A stretch of DNA of 64,000 nt from Candidatus Cloacimonadales bacterium (GTDB lineage Bacteria; Cloacimonadota; Cloacimonadia; Cloacimonadales; DAONDQ01), in contig OY759316.1 in assembly GCA_963662275.1 (NCBI GenBank), positions 4,192,001-4,256,000 on the forward strand, read 5' to 3'. Of the stretch, positions 48,454-57,804 are shown piece by piece; the stretch's first letter is position 1, and every line of letters begins with the position of its first letter. The notes under the pieces are model-generated. The model was not told where the DNA came from. It did not search any database and saw only the letters and a program-made list of their open reading frames with translations. A program made the position numbers and the translations under genes.

Positions 48454-50202
48454 ATGAAGACTTTTGACATCGTAAAACCATATCTGCAGAAAAGTATAGG
48501 AAAGATAGCACTCGGAATCCTTGTACTGCTTGCAGTTGATGCAATTCAACTGGTGATTCCCAAGATCATGCAGTATGCAATCGATCATATTGGAAGCCAT
48601 AGTATCAATCAGAATGGTCTTGCTCTTGTTGGACTGGCAATCTTTGGTATGGCAATCGGAATCATGGTTATGCGTTATTTCTGGCGTATTCTAATCATCG
48701 GTAATTCCTATGAAATCGAAGCTGGATTAAGGCAGGACTTTTATAATCATTTACTCCGCTTATCACAAAACTACTTCAATAGAAGCAAGATAGGTGATCT
48801 TATGGCACATGCCACCAATGATTTGAATGCTGTCCGTATGCTCTTTGGCATGGGTTTCATTGCAGGTTCCGATATTCTCATCATGACTATCGCTTCCTTC
48901 ATTTTTATGGTTTCCATCAGTTTCCATCTCACTATGCTGGCTATCATTCCTCTGCCAATACTATCCCTTATTATCAGCTATTTCGGCAAGAAAATGCACA
49001 AACGATTTGCCCAGGTCCAGGGTTCCTTTTCCGCTATGTCTGGGGCTATCCAGGAAAATATTACAGGCATTCGTGTGGTAAAAGCATTTGTCCAGGAAGA
49101 AAGTGAGATAGAAAAAATAGATGCTCATGCGATCAATTATGTAAAACAAAATATCTCCATGGCTAAGATATCCGGTGTATTCCACCCGATGATGGGGTTT
49201 GTTATCAGTATCAGTATGATCTTGAACCTTGTCTTTGGTGGTAAGGCAGCCATTGATGGGAACATCACCATCGGTGAATTCATTGCTTTTTATTCCTACC
49301 TGGGGATGCTTGTGTGGCCTATGATAGCAGTAGGAATGATTGTAGACATGTACCAAAGAGGAACTGCTTCCCTGAAAAGATTGAATAAGATATTCCTCGA
49401 AATTCCTGAAATGAATGATGATAAAGCGGATACTTCCATTACTTCCATCGCCGGGAAAATCGAAATACGTAACCTATCTTTCCGATATAATGAAGACAGC
49501 CCTGATATTTTCCTGGATGTATCCACTTCTATCGATGCAGGTAAAACACTTGCTATTGTCGGACCAACAGGTTGCGGAAAAACTACACTAGTTGATCTTT
49601 TAACACGTGTATATCCGCCAGCAGAAGGTTCTATCTTCATAGATGATCATGATCTGTATAACATCCCTGTAATGCTATTGCATACACAGGTTTCCATGGT
49701 ACCCCAGGATATCTTCCTATTCTCAGATACGATTACCAATAATATTCGACTCGGCAGACCGGATGCCACGATAGAGCAAGTAACTGAAGCTGCAATTGCA
49801 GCCCAGGTACATGAAGATATTTCAGGATTTGAACTTGGCTATGAAACTATCATCGGTGAACGCGGAGTGACGCTATCAGGTGGACAGAAACAGCGTGTTG
49901 CTATTGCTAGGGCTTTACTGTGTAACCCGTCGATCCTGATTTTGGACGATGCTCTTTCTGCCGTTGATACAAAGACGGAAAAATACATTTTGGAAAATCT
50001 CATTCAACAGAGAATGGGGAAGACGACTATCATTATTGCTCATCGTATTTCATCAGTACAACATGCGGATAAAATCATTGTCATCGAGAAACAGCGCGTA
50101 GCAGAAAGTGGCAGCCATGATCAATTGATTGCCCTGGATGGCATTTACAAGGCGTTGGATGATAAGCAGATGATTGAAGAAAGACTGGCAGGTGAATTAT
50201 GA
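48454..50202 (+). CDS. Heterodimeric ABC exporter subunit A (MdlA/YheI-like)
   Basis: 6 TM domain + GPTGCGKT, LSGGQ, non-canonical Walker B LDDALS. Confidence 0.92.
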   Translation: MKTFDIVKPYLQKSIGKIALGILVLLAVDAIQLVIPKIMQYAIDHIGSHSINQNGLALVGLAIFGMAIGIMVMRYFWRILIIGNSYEIEAGLRQDFYNHLLRLSQNYFNRSKIGDLMAHATNDLNAVRMLFGMGFIAGSDILIMTIASFIFMVSISFHLTMLAIIPLPILSLIISYFGKKMHKRFAQVQGSFSAMSGAIQENITGIRVVKAFVQEESEIEKIDAHAINYVKQNISMAKISGVFHPMMGFVISISMILNLVFGGKAAIDGNITIGEFIAFYSYLGMLVWPMIAVGMIVDMYQRGTASLKRLNKIFLEIPEMNDDKADTSITSIAGKIEIRNLSFRYNEDSPDIFLDVSTSIDAGKTLAIVGPTGCGKTTLVDLLTRVYPPAEGSIFIDDHDLYNIPVMLLHTQVSMVPQDIFLFSDTITNNIRLGRPDATIEQVTEAAIAAQVHEDISGFELGYETIIGERGVTLSGGQKQRVAIARALLCNPSILILDDALSAVDTKTEKYILENLIQQRMGKTTIIIAHRISSVQHADKIIVIEKQRVAESGSHDQLIALDGIYKALDDKQMIEERLAGEL

Positions 50203-52358
50203 TGCACGGTGGTGGAATGGGTGGAGGACGTGGCGGTGGAGGTCACGGTTTAGCAAATGATGAAGTTATGGGCAAGATCTATGATGCCAGACTATTCAAG
50301 AAACTGATTCGATATCTCAAACCATACCTTGGTTTAGTCATTCTCTCATTTGCAATCCTGATGATTGCAACTACCGTGGAGTTGATTCTTCCCCTGATTA
50401 CTAAAACTGCTGTGGATGAATATATCGTTTCTAATAAATCAATGATTCAATTCAAAGATCAAGCGGAGTGGAATCGTTTCCAGGCGAAGTATGCCAAACT
50501 GAAACTGCAAAACTATGAATGGGATGGCAAATACTTCTCTGTTTTGCCCACAAAAAAGCGCTCTCATATCAAACAAGCAGACATGAAAGCTCTGACATTA
50601 AGTCATGAACTTTCTAGAAGCAATTATTACTTCATTCCGGCAAATATGGAAAATACGAAGCTACTCAATTCACTAGCGGTGGATCATAAATATCACCTGA
50701 CTTATGTGCAAGTCTCGCAAGGACTGTTTGCTGTATCCCAACCGGAATTGAATCGTATTCCCACCTCTATTCGTAAAGTATTGCGACAGGATGCATCCAG
50801 GCACCTGCGTTTTTATGGATTCCTCTTCTTTTGTGTCATCCTGATTCGATTTATCACTTCGTATTTCCAGGTGTACCTGACCAATTTCTTTTCCCAGAAT
50901 GCTATGCGTAACCTGCGTATGGATCTATTTAAACACGTCCAGAAGATGCCTGTATCCTTTTTTGATATCAACCCTGTGGGGCGTCTTGTTACTCGTACCA
51001 CCAATGATATTGCAGCCTTGGATGAGATGCTTTCTTCAGGAATGATTACAATCATCCAGGATGTCATCCTGATTATAGCACTCATTATTATCATGCTTCT
51101 TTTGAATTGGCAGCTTGCCCTCGTCAGTTTTACTGTTCTTCCTTTCGTGATCTTCATGATTCAATTGTTTAAAAGTAAAACTCGGGTCGTTTATCGTGAT
51201 GCCAGGAAAAAGCTTGCTGAACTGAATGCAACCTTGTCTGAACATATATCCGGTGTGAAGATCATCCAGTTGTTTAATCAGTATCTTTCAAAACGTAAGC
51301 AGTTTTCGGATATCAACCGGCAATACTTCAATGTTTCCTTCAGACAGCTTAAGCTGTTTTCATTCTTCCGACCCATCATTAATCTTTCTTCCCAATTTTC
51401 CATTGCTTTGATCATATGGTACGGTGGCGGGCAGATTCTGAACGATGTGATCACGATTGGTTTATTCATGGCGTTTACACAGTATATTGGTAAACTCTTC
51501 GAACCTATTAACGATTTCAGCGATAAGTTCAATATCCTCCAAGGTGCTCTTGCAGCTTCAGAAAGAATTTTTAATCTTCTTGAAGAAGACCCCGCTGATT
51601 ACCGTGAAAATTTGAAACAGGATGCGAAACTGAAGGGAGAGATCGAATTCAGGAATCTTTCCATGGCTTATAATGAGAATGAATGGATTCTGAAAAACGT
51701 TTCCTTCCATGTGAAGCCTGGCGAAAAAGTAGCTCTTGTCGGGCATACCGGTTCTGGTAAAACAACAATTGTGAACCTGATCCTAGGCATGTACCCATAC
51801 CAGAAGGGGCAGATACTCCTTGATGGAAAAGAGCTTTCTGAATACGCTACAGATGATATCAGGCATAATATCGGTATCGTTCAGCAGGATGTATTCCTCT
51901 TTGCGGGAACGATTCGTGATAATATTGTCTTGAGTAATGAATCTATCACCCATGACGAAATGGTGAAAGTTGCAGATTATGTGAATGTGAGTAAGTTCAT
52001 CAACAGTCTTCCAGAGAAATTCGAAGAACCTGTGATGGAACGCGGTGCTACTTTCTCTGTGGGACAAAGACAGCTTATCTCCTTTGCCCGTGTACTTGCT
52101 TATGACCCTTCCATCTTTATTCTCGATGAAGCCACTTCCAATATCGATACAGAGACCGAATTCCTCATCCAGGATGCCCTCACCAAGATCATGCAGAATC
52201 GTACATCTATCGTAATTGCACATCGTCTTTCTACTATCCAACATGCAGATCGTATCATCGTGATGCATAAGGGTGAGATCGTGGAAGAAGGGAATCACCA
52301 GGAATTACTGCAGAAAGAAGGCTTGTACTACGACTTGTATAGGTTGCAGTACCAGTAG
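50199..52358 (+). CDS. Heterodimeric ABC exporter subunit B (MdlB/YheH-like)
   Basis: GHTGSGKT, FSVGQ, LDEATS; large insertion after TM1. Confidence 0.92.
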   Translation: MMHGGGMGGGRGGGGHGLANDEVMGKIYDARLFKKLIRYLKPYLGLVILSFAILMIATTVELILPLITKTAVDEYIVSNKSMIQFKDQAEWNRFQAKYAKLKLQNYEWDGKYFSVLPTKKRSHIKQADMKALTLSHELSRSNYYFIPANMENTKLLNSLAVDHKYHLTYVQVSQGLFAVSQPELNRIPTSIRKVLRQDASRHLRFYGFLFFCVILIRFITSYFQVYLTNFFSQNAMRNLRMDLFKHVQKMPVSFFDINPVGRLVTRTTNDIAALDEMLSSGMITIIQDVILIIALIIIMLLLNWQLALVSFTVLPFVIFMIQLFKSKTRVVYRDARKKLAELNATLSEHISGVKIIQLFNQYLSKRKQFSDINRQYFNVSFRQLKLFSFFRPIINLSSQFSIALIIWYGGGQILNDVITIGLFMAFTQYIGKLFEPINDFSDKFNILQGALAASERIFNLLEEDPADYRENLKQDAKLKGEIEFRNLSMAYNENEWILKNVSFHVKPGEKVALVGHTGSGKTTIVNLILGMYPYQKGQILLDGKELSEYATDDIRHNIGIVQQDVFLFAGTIRDNIVLSNESITHDEMVKVADYVNVSKFINSLPEKFEEPVMERGATFSVGQRQLISFARVLAYDPSIFILDEATSNIDTETEFLIQDALTKIMQNRTSIVIAHRLSTIQHADRIIVMHKGEIVEEGNHQELLQKEGLYYDLYRLQYQ

Positions 52359-52596
52359 AATAATGTGTTAGATGCCAGGTACTATTTTTATATGAAACTT
52401 TGCCAATATATTGATTAATTCTGTGTCTTTCCAACTGGATTTTCAAAATAATTCTCCACGGCATATTCATGATAATAATCATAAAATCTATAAAACGACG
52501 TCTTAAAGCAAAAGAGAACCTCCCTTCCAAAGATATTAATTTCCATTTCACAGAAAAAGATTATCTTTATTAGATAACACCAATTTTGCATGAAAC

Positions 52597-53097
52597 GTGG
52601 AGGAAAATATGAATCTTTTCGAAGAGGCAATGTCCCTGGAAATTTCTATGGAAGAGTATTATCGGCATTTAATTGAAGACTGCAATTACAATCCGGAAAT
52701 AAAGAAAATCCTTTGTATGCTTGTAGAAGACACGAATAGTCACATTAATAGTTTAAGAAACATGAACCAATTCATAAAAGCAGAACCAAATGATTCAGAT
52801 TTTTTCCTGAAAGCAAAAGAAATTTTCCATTCGCTTCAGGAAAAAAAGAAATACGGGATTTGTAACTTAGACCAGATAGAAGCCTACGAGAATGTTAGGG
52901 TGAATCTGAAAAAGACAATTGCCTTGTATGAAGAGATGATTACCAATACACATGATGATCGTCAATCTGAAATCATAACCTTAATCTTTAATGAAAAAAG
53001 AAAACATGTCTATCTATTGGACAATATCATTGAATTACTGCTTCATCCTGAGCAATGGGTTGAGAATGGCGAATTTAATCACATGGAAGCTTATTGA
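52597..53097 (+). CDS. Ferritin/rubrerythrin-like protein
   Basis: AMSLE..YY, EKRKH, PEQWVENGEF C-terminus; start 52597 or 52609. Confidence 0.75.
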   Translation: MEENMNLFEEAMSLEISMEEYYRHLIEDCNYNPEIKKILCMLVEDTNSHINSLRNMNQFIKAEPNDSDFFLKAKEIFHSLQEKKKYGICNLDQIEAYENVRVNLKKTIALYEEMITNTHDDRQSEIITLIFNEKRKHVYLLDNIIELLLHPEQWVENGEFNHMEAY

Positions 53098-53104
53098 CCT
53101 TCCC

Positions 53105-53164
53105 GTGGAGTAGGATTCCGATCCTACTGAAGATATGCGTAGAGGAGGACTCCTTTCCTGCTGA
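53105..53164 (+). repeat. Two tandem REPs
   Basis: GTGGAGTAGGATTCCGATCCTACTGA; GTAGAGGAGGACTCCTTTCCTGCTGA. Confidence 0.7.
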
Positions 53165-53176
53165 AGATGTCGCTCC

Positions 53177-53375
53177 TGTACTCCCCAGAAAACGGATTTT
53201 CGCTACCGATGATGAAAGGTGAGTTCTCCGAGTGAACAGATTTATCTATTTGTATCGAGGAGATGACATTGCACAACCTTATAGGGTCACATTGGGTCAT
53301 TTCGATACAATTTCTCCTTCGTCGAAATCACTCAATGAACCGGCTCTTAGCTTTCATGTAAAGTCCACTTGCCCT
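53177..53375 (-). repeat. Modular repeat copy C
   Basis: Reverse complement of 7277-7460; ends shared with 8408 and 57275. Confidence 0.85.
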
Positions 53376-53460
53376 CTAGCCAGGTATTCAATGGGCATAT
53401 GAACTCCTGATTCCGAACTTATTCTCTCCTTTGAACCTCATTCAGCGCACTTGTAAAACA

Positions 53461-53555
53461 ACCACACCACCACCGCAACACCACCGCAGGACTACCGCAG
53501 GAGAACCGCTCCTTTGAGCGGTTGTGTTTTGGTTATGTTGTGGTTGTTGAATAGT
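53461..53555. repeat. Palindrome with 11-bp periodic arms
   Basis: ACCACACCACC/ACCGCAACACC/ACCGCAGGACT/ACCGCAGGAGA, ACCGCTC-CTTT-GAGCGGT, TGTGTTTTGGT/TATGTTGTGGT/TGTTGAATAGT. Confidence 0.8.
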
Positions 53556-53658
53556 TTATCTTCTTTTGTGTTATTAGTGGGTTATGGGTGGGTTAAAACT
53601 ATCGGTAGTTATTACTTTAGGGATGGTAAAGTTTACTTCAGCGGGTAATTCCGGATAA

Positions 53659-53826
53659 GCATCCTACTCCACAACCGCGAAATGCGGAGCTACGTGTTCA
53701 GTAGGATCGGCATCCTACTCCACAACCGCGTAAATGCGGAGCTACGTATTCAGTAGGATCGGCATCCTACTCCACAACCGCGAAATGCGGAGCTACGTGT
53801 TCAGTAGGATCGGCATCCTACTCCAC
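53659..53826 (-). repeat. BIME-like tandem array, 51-52-bp unit x3.3, overlapping the ruvB stop
   Basis: Units start at 53659, 53710, 53762 and 53813. Confidence 0.9.
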
Positions 53827-54852
53827 ATCAGAATCAAAGAGATTGAGTTGCTGAAGTTCAGGCTCTTTGATGCCGAAATGACGATATGCTTTTCTTGTTG
53901 CTCTTCTACCCTGTAATGTCCGATCCAGGAACCCTTGCTGAATCAGGTAAGGTTCAAAGATTTCTTCGATTGTACCCGGGTCTTCACCCACAGCAACCGC
54001 AAGCGTTTTTATTCCAACAGGTCCACCCTGGTAGTTTTCCATGATCGTCACGAGTATGCGTTTATCCATATCATCCAGTCCGGCATGATCTACATTCAGC
54101 ATATCCAGCGCTTTCAGGCAAAGAGGATGTGTAATCTTTCCATCTCCCATGATCTGGGCATAATCACGCACGCGACGTAACAAACGATTGGCAACACGTG
54201 GCGTTCCCCTGCTTCTTTTGGCAAGTTCAACAGTGGCTTTATCTTCCATTGGTAAATCAAGAAGTTTAGCTGTCCTTTTCAAAATAGCTTCAATAGACTT
54301 CTGATCATAATAATCCAATCTCAGGACGATTCCAAACCTGTCTCTCAGGGGAGAAGTCAGTAATCCTGCACGGGTAGTGGCACCGATCATAGTGAAGGGT
54401 TCGAGTTCTATTTTTAAACTGCGGGCACTTGGACCGCTATCAATAATAATTTCCATTTCAAAATCTTCTATTGCAGGATAGATATATTCTTCAATCACAT
54501 GGTTGAGACGATGAATTTCATCTATAAACAGTACTTCATGACGTTTCAGATTCGTAAGGATTCCTGCTAAATCAGAAGGTTTCTCCAGTACCGGACCGGA
54601 ACTGACTGCCAGCGGAACACCCAATTCATTTGAAATGATATGCGCCAGGGTAGTTTTGCCTAAACCGGGAGGACCGAAAAGCAGCACATGATCGAGAGGT
54701 TCTTTACGCAATTTAGTTGCTTGGATAGAGATATCCAGTAATTGCTTAATTTGATCCTGCCCAATGAAATCTGCAAGTGTCTTGGGTCTGAGGGCACGGT
54801 CAAAGTCTTTTTCTTCTGTCATTTCGATGGGATTTGTGATGCGTTCTAACAT
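53818..54852 (-). CDS. ruvB: Holliday junction branch migration helicase RuvB
   Basis: LRPKTL, GPPGLGKTTLA, FIDEIHR, GATTRAG, SRGTPR. Confidence 0.98.
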   Translation of the reverse strand: MLERITNPIEMTEEKDFDRALRPKTLADFIGQDQIKQLLDISIQATKLRKEPLDHVLLFGPPGLGKTTLAHIISNELGVPLAVSSGPVLEKPSDLAGILTNLKRHEVLFIDEIHRLNHVIEEYIYPAIEDFEMEIIIDSGPSARSLKIELEPFTMIGATTRAGLLTSPLRDRFGIVLRLDYYDQKSIEAILKRTAKLLDLPMEDKATVELAKRSRGTPRVANRLLRRVRDYAQIMGDGKITHPLCLKALDMLNVDHAGLDDMDKRILVTIMENYQGGPVGIKTLAVAVGEDPGTIEEIFEPYLIQQGFLDRTLQGRRATRKAYRHFGIKEPELQQLNLFDSDVE

Positions 54853-55350
54853 AATTCCTCACATTTTGTGATACATTGACAAAACAAGGTTGAATTGCAG
54901 ATTGTCAAGAATTTATGAAATTGGAACTTAATAGATATTAAACAGGGCAGTACAATCTTCCTCGACTTGGTCAGAGGTTAAAAAACCAGTTGTATCTTAC
55001 CGCTCATTATCTCGCTTGAAAAGGGATGAAGACAATCCCCCCCTTGAGAAGGGGGGTAGGGGGGTCTCTGCTCTTTGCTGTAGCATAGAGTGTCACTCTG
55101 TTGTATGAAGGGATTGGTAATCCCCGATGGAATCAGCATTCGACAATACCATTGTCAATACAACAGATTTCCAATCTACAATCATTGGTGGCTCATCCTT
55201 CAGGCGTTGTCTGCTATGATAAAAGCAAGTTACCTCCTGAAGTTGGTGCTACGAAGCATGGTAAACCATGCTGCCACGATTCCTAAAGTAATCACCACCA
55301 TCGCAGCTTACAAAGTTATGGTACATTGCAAAAAGGGAAAAACACAAAAA

Positions 55351-56478
55351 TCAAGGGGAAATCCTGACACAACGGAAGCCTAACATGTAGCTGTTGTCAG
55401 TCGATTCGTCCATGTTCCGAACGGAAATTTTGCAGGAGTAGGCAGCGTCGCTCCAGCTACCACCGCGATACATGCGGTCCCACCCGTTAACATCATTATG
55501 CGGGTTAGTCTGGGCACCACTCGGATATGTGTCAAACAAGTCCCAATTCCACTCCCAGACGTTACCGGACATATCAAATATGCCTAATTCGTTGGCTGCC
55601 AATGTTCCTACAGTATTAGCTGTGTAACCTGAGTTGCCACTATAATAAGCCCCCCACCAAGCCACCACATTGATATCATTGCTTCCGCTATAAGTATAAT
55701 TATGGGTCGAATTACCACCTTGTGCCGCAAATTGCCATTCCATCTCGGTAGGAAGGCGGTAGCCATTAGCAGTCCAAGAGCAATATACATGAAATTGATA
55801 GATGGGATCGGAATTCCAACTCCCGGGCCAGGTCGCAGGATTAGTACCATAATCAGCGCCATTGTTGTAAATACTGTTGTTGTAACTATAACAGGGAGTC
55901 AACCCTTCCTGCAGACTCCGACGATTACAATACTCTATGGCATTGAACCAGGAGACCCTCTCTACAGGTCCGTTGGTTACACCTGTGAACCAAGATGGAT
56001 TCACTCCCATCACAGCTTCATAGTCTGCCTGGGTTGTTTCATATTTATCCATAAAGAAGCTGGAGAGGGTTACATCAGAAGTTCCATTATTGAAAGTACC
56101 GCCGGCTACTTTGATAAAGGATTGAACCTGAGTGGCATCCTCGACCGGATTGTCTCTGGCAATTACTTTCACTTTGTACTGCGTGCCTGCCACCATACCA
56201 TCTCCGGCTGGAGTCCAGATCATCGTTTTTGCTACGGGAAGTTTGGGGACACTGTTACCAATGTCTCCGCTAACGGCAGTTGGGTAGATATTATAGGTGC
56301 TGCCACCATCATTGGAAACCATAAGAGTTACTTTACAAATACCATCGGCTGTCAAATTATAGGTAATCGTGACTTGTCCTGAAGAGAAAGTGGCGGCAAC
56401 GTTTTCTACTACAGGTGCGGCGGCAAAGGCATAAGATGCTAGGATTACGAGGAATATTGCTAAGATAAGTTGTTTCAT
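55351..56478 (-). CDS. Secreted Ig-like + FGE-sulfatase (CLec-fold) protein
   Basis: Signal peptide; YETTQ, GYRLPTEMEW, DMSGNVWEW, RGGSW...GFRCVR. Confidence 0.92.
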   Translation of the reverse strand: MKQLILAIFLVILASYAFAAAPVVENVAATFSSGQVTITYNLTADGICKVTLMVSNDGGSTYNIYPTAVSGDIGNSVPKLPVAKTMIWTPAGDGMVAGTQYKVKVIARDNPVEDATQVQSFIKVAGGTFNNGTSDVTLSSFFMDKYETTQADYEAVMGVNPSWFTGVTNGPVERVSWFNAIEYCNRRSLQEGLTPCYSYNNSIYNNGADYGTNPATWPGSWNSDPIYQFHVYCSWTANGYRLPTEMEWQFAAQGGNSTHNYTYSGSNDINVVAWWGAYYSGNSGYTANTVGTLAANELGIFDMSGNVWEWNWDLFDTYPSGAQTNPHNDVNGWDRMYRGGSWSDAAYSCKISVRNMDESTDNSYMLGFRCVRISP

Positions 56479-56489
56479 TTTACTCTCCC

Positions 56490-57188
56490 TTACTTCAGCA
56501 AGACCAGTTTTTTGGTCATATTTACAGAAGGCGTTAACAGTTTATAAAAGTAAATACCGCTGCTGTTGCCTTTACCATTCCAAATCAAATCATGAGTTCC
56601 GGCAGTTAGCGGGAATGTTTTCACGGCTTGTCCACGCAAGTTATAGATAGTTACGCTACCGGTTTCTCCTGTCTTCACAGATACACTGATGTTTGTACTT
56701 TTGCCTGTCTGGAAGGGATTGGGATAAGCACTATTCAGGAATGATATTGCTGTAATTCCGGGACTCTGGCTATCTGTGACGGTAACACTCACAGGTCCGT
56801 GCATCGTGTTTCCGGCACTCATCTCTACGCTTTCCAGCCAATAATAATAGGTATTGCTGCTTTCGACTTCATTGTCCAAAATCGTATAACTATGCTGCTC
56901 AGAAGTATTGGACGCAGTTACAAGGGCTTGATTTAAACGTAACGCGTCGCTAAGAATACCGGTTTGAGAACGGTATGCATTGAAACCAAGCAATGCTGTT
57001 TCGGATTCTGTTACCCAGGTTAAATTTACAAAGTAATCAGTCGTGGCAATTGCTGTGAAAGAGCTGAGTTCCACAGGCAGAGTCTCGTTCGTAATTGCAA
57101 ATGTTCCTGATTCTCCGAAACCGGTCAGGGCAAAGATGCTTCCTGCGCTGAAAAGCAGCAGGAGAGCGAAGAGTAGTTTGTGTTTCAT
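56490..57188 (-). CDS. Small secreted protein: LPVELSSF Ig domain + T9SS-type C-terminal domain
   Basis: RBS AGGAG; signal peptide; TLPVELSSF, WVTESE, YYYWLE, YPNPF, SGIYFYKL, KKLVLLK. Confidence 0.85.
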   Translation of the reverse strand: MKHKLLFALLLLFSAGSIFALTGFGESGTFAITNETLPVELSSFTAIATTDYFVNLTWVTESETALLGFNAYRSQTGILSDALRLNQALVTASNTSEQHSYTILDNEVESSNTYYYWLESVEMSAGNTMHGPVSVTVTDSQSPGITAISFLNSAYPNPFQTGKSTNISVSVKTGETGSVTIYNLRGQAVKTFPLTAGTHDLIWNGKGNSSGIYFYKLLTPSVNMTKKLVLLK

Positions 57189-57274
57189 GTCTTGCTCCTT
57201 TTTTGTTGTATGTATGAAACCTAGATTTTGGAGTTCATTTGCCCAAGCTAATTTCATATGAACAGATAATTAAA

Positions 57275-57340
57275 AGGGCAAGTGGACTTCATAATCAACA
57301 CTTTCATCATCGGTAGCGAAAACCTACTTTCAGTAAAGTT
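57275..57340 (+). repeat. Modular repeat copy D (ends only)
   Basis: AGGGCAAGTGGACTT, about 12 nt, then TTTCATCATCGGTAGCGAAAACC. Confidence 0.7.
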
Positions 57341-57804
57341 TAACCCCCTTGTACACCCCCGTTAACAAATTCTGGTTTGCATACCAACTTGCCTTGTGAA
57401 ATGTCATTTATCACATTTAGTCAAAGTCTTAAATAATGGTTATGAATAACCATTCAACATTGCTTCGGCAAGTTGAAATCCAAAGATCGCCAGAAGTAGA
57501 TGGTGGAATCATTTACGTAACCATTTTATTTTATGTCTATGCAGGTATTTTTGTCAATAAAAATATCAGTGATATCCGTAAGCACATTCTAAGGTTACAA
57601 TAATTAGGATATTGCATTACAATAAAAGCCTGTAAAATATGATCCGATATTTCTTGGATTTTGGGTAGTCTGTTTGTAATCAACAAAAAATGCATAGAAT
57701 TATGACAACTATAATTAGTAAAAAGGAAAAAATCCTTGCTCTTTAAATTTCATTTTAAAAGATGTCGCAATTAAAGATAGTATTTTCCAGTAAAAGGAGA
57801 AGCA

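Noticed and set aside
53659..53826. Possible CRISPR array
   Set aside because: Units are near-identical along their whole length, with no unique spacers and no cas genes; it is a REP tandem array
55090..55383. ORFs or a template repeat downstream of the FGE gene
   Set aside because: No similarity to the variable region, no AAC-rich tract, no recognisable protein
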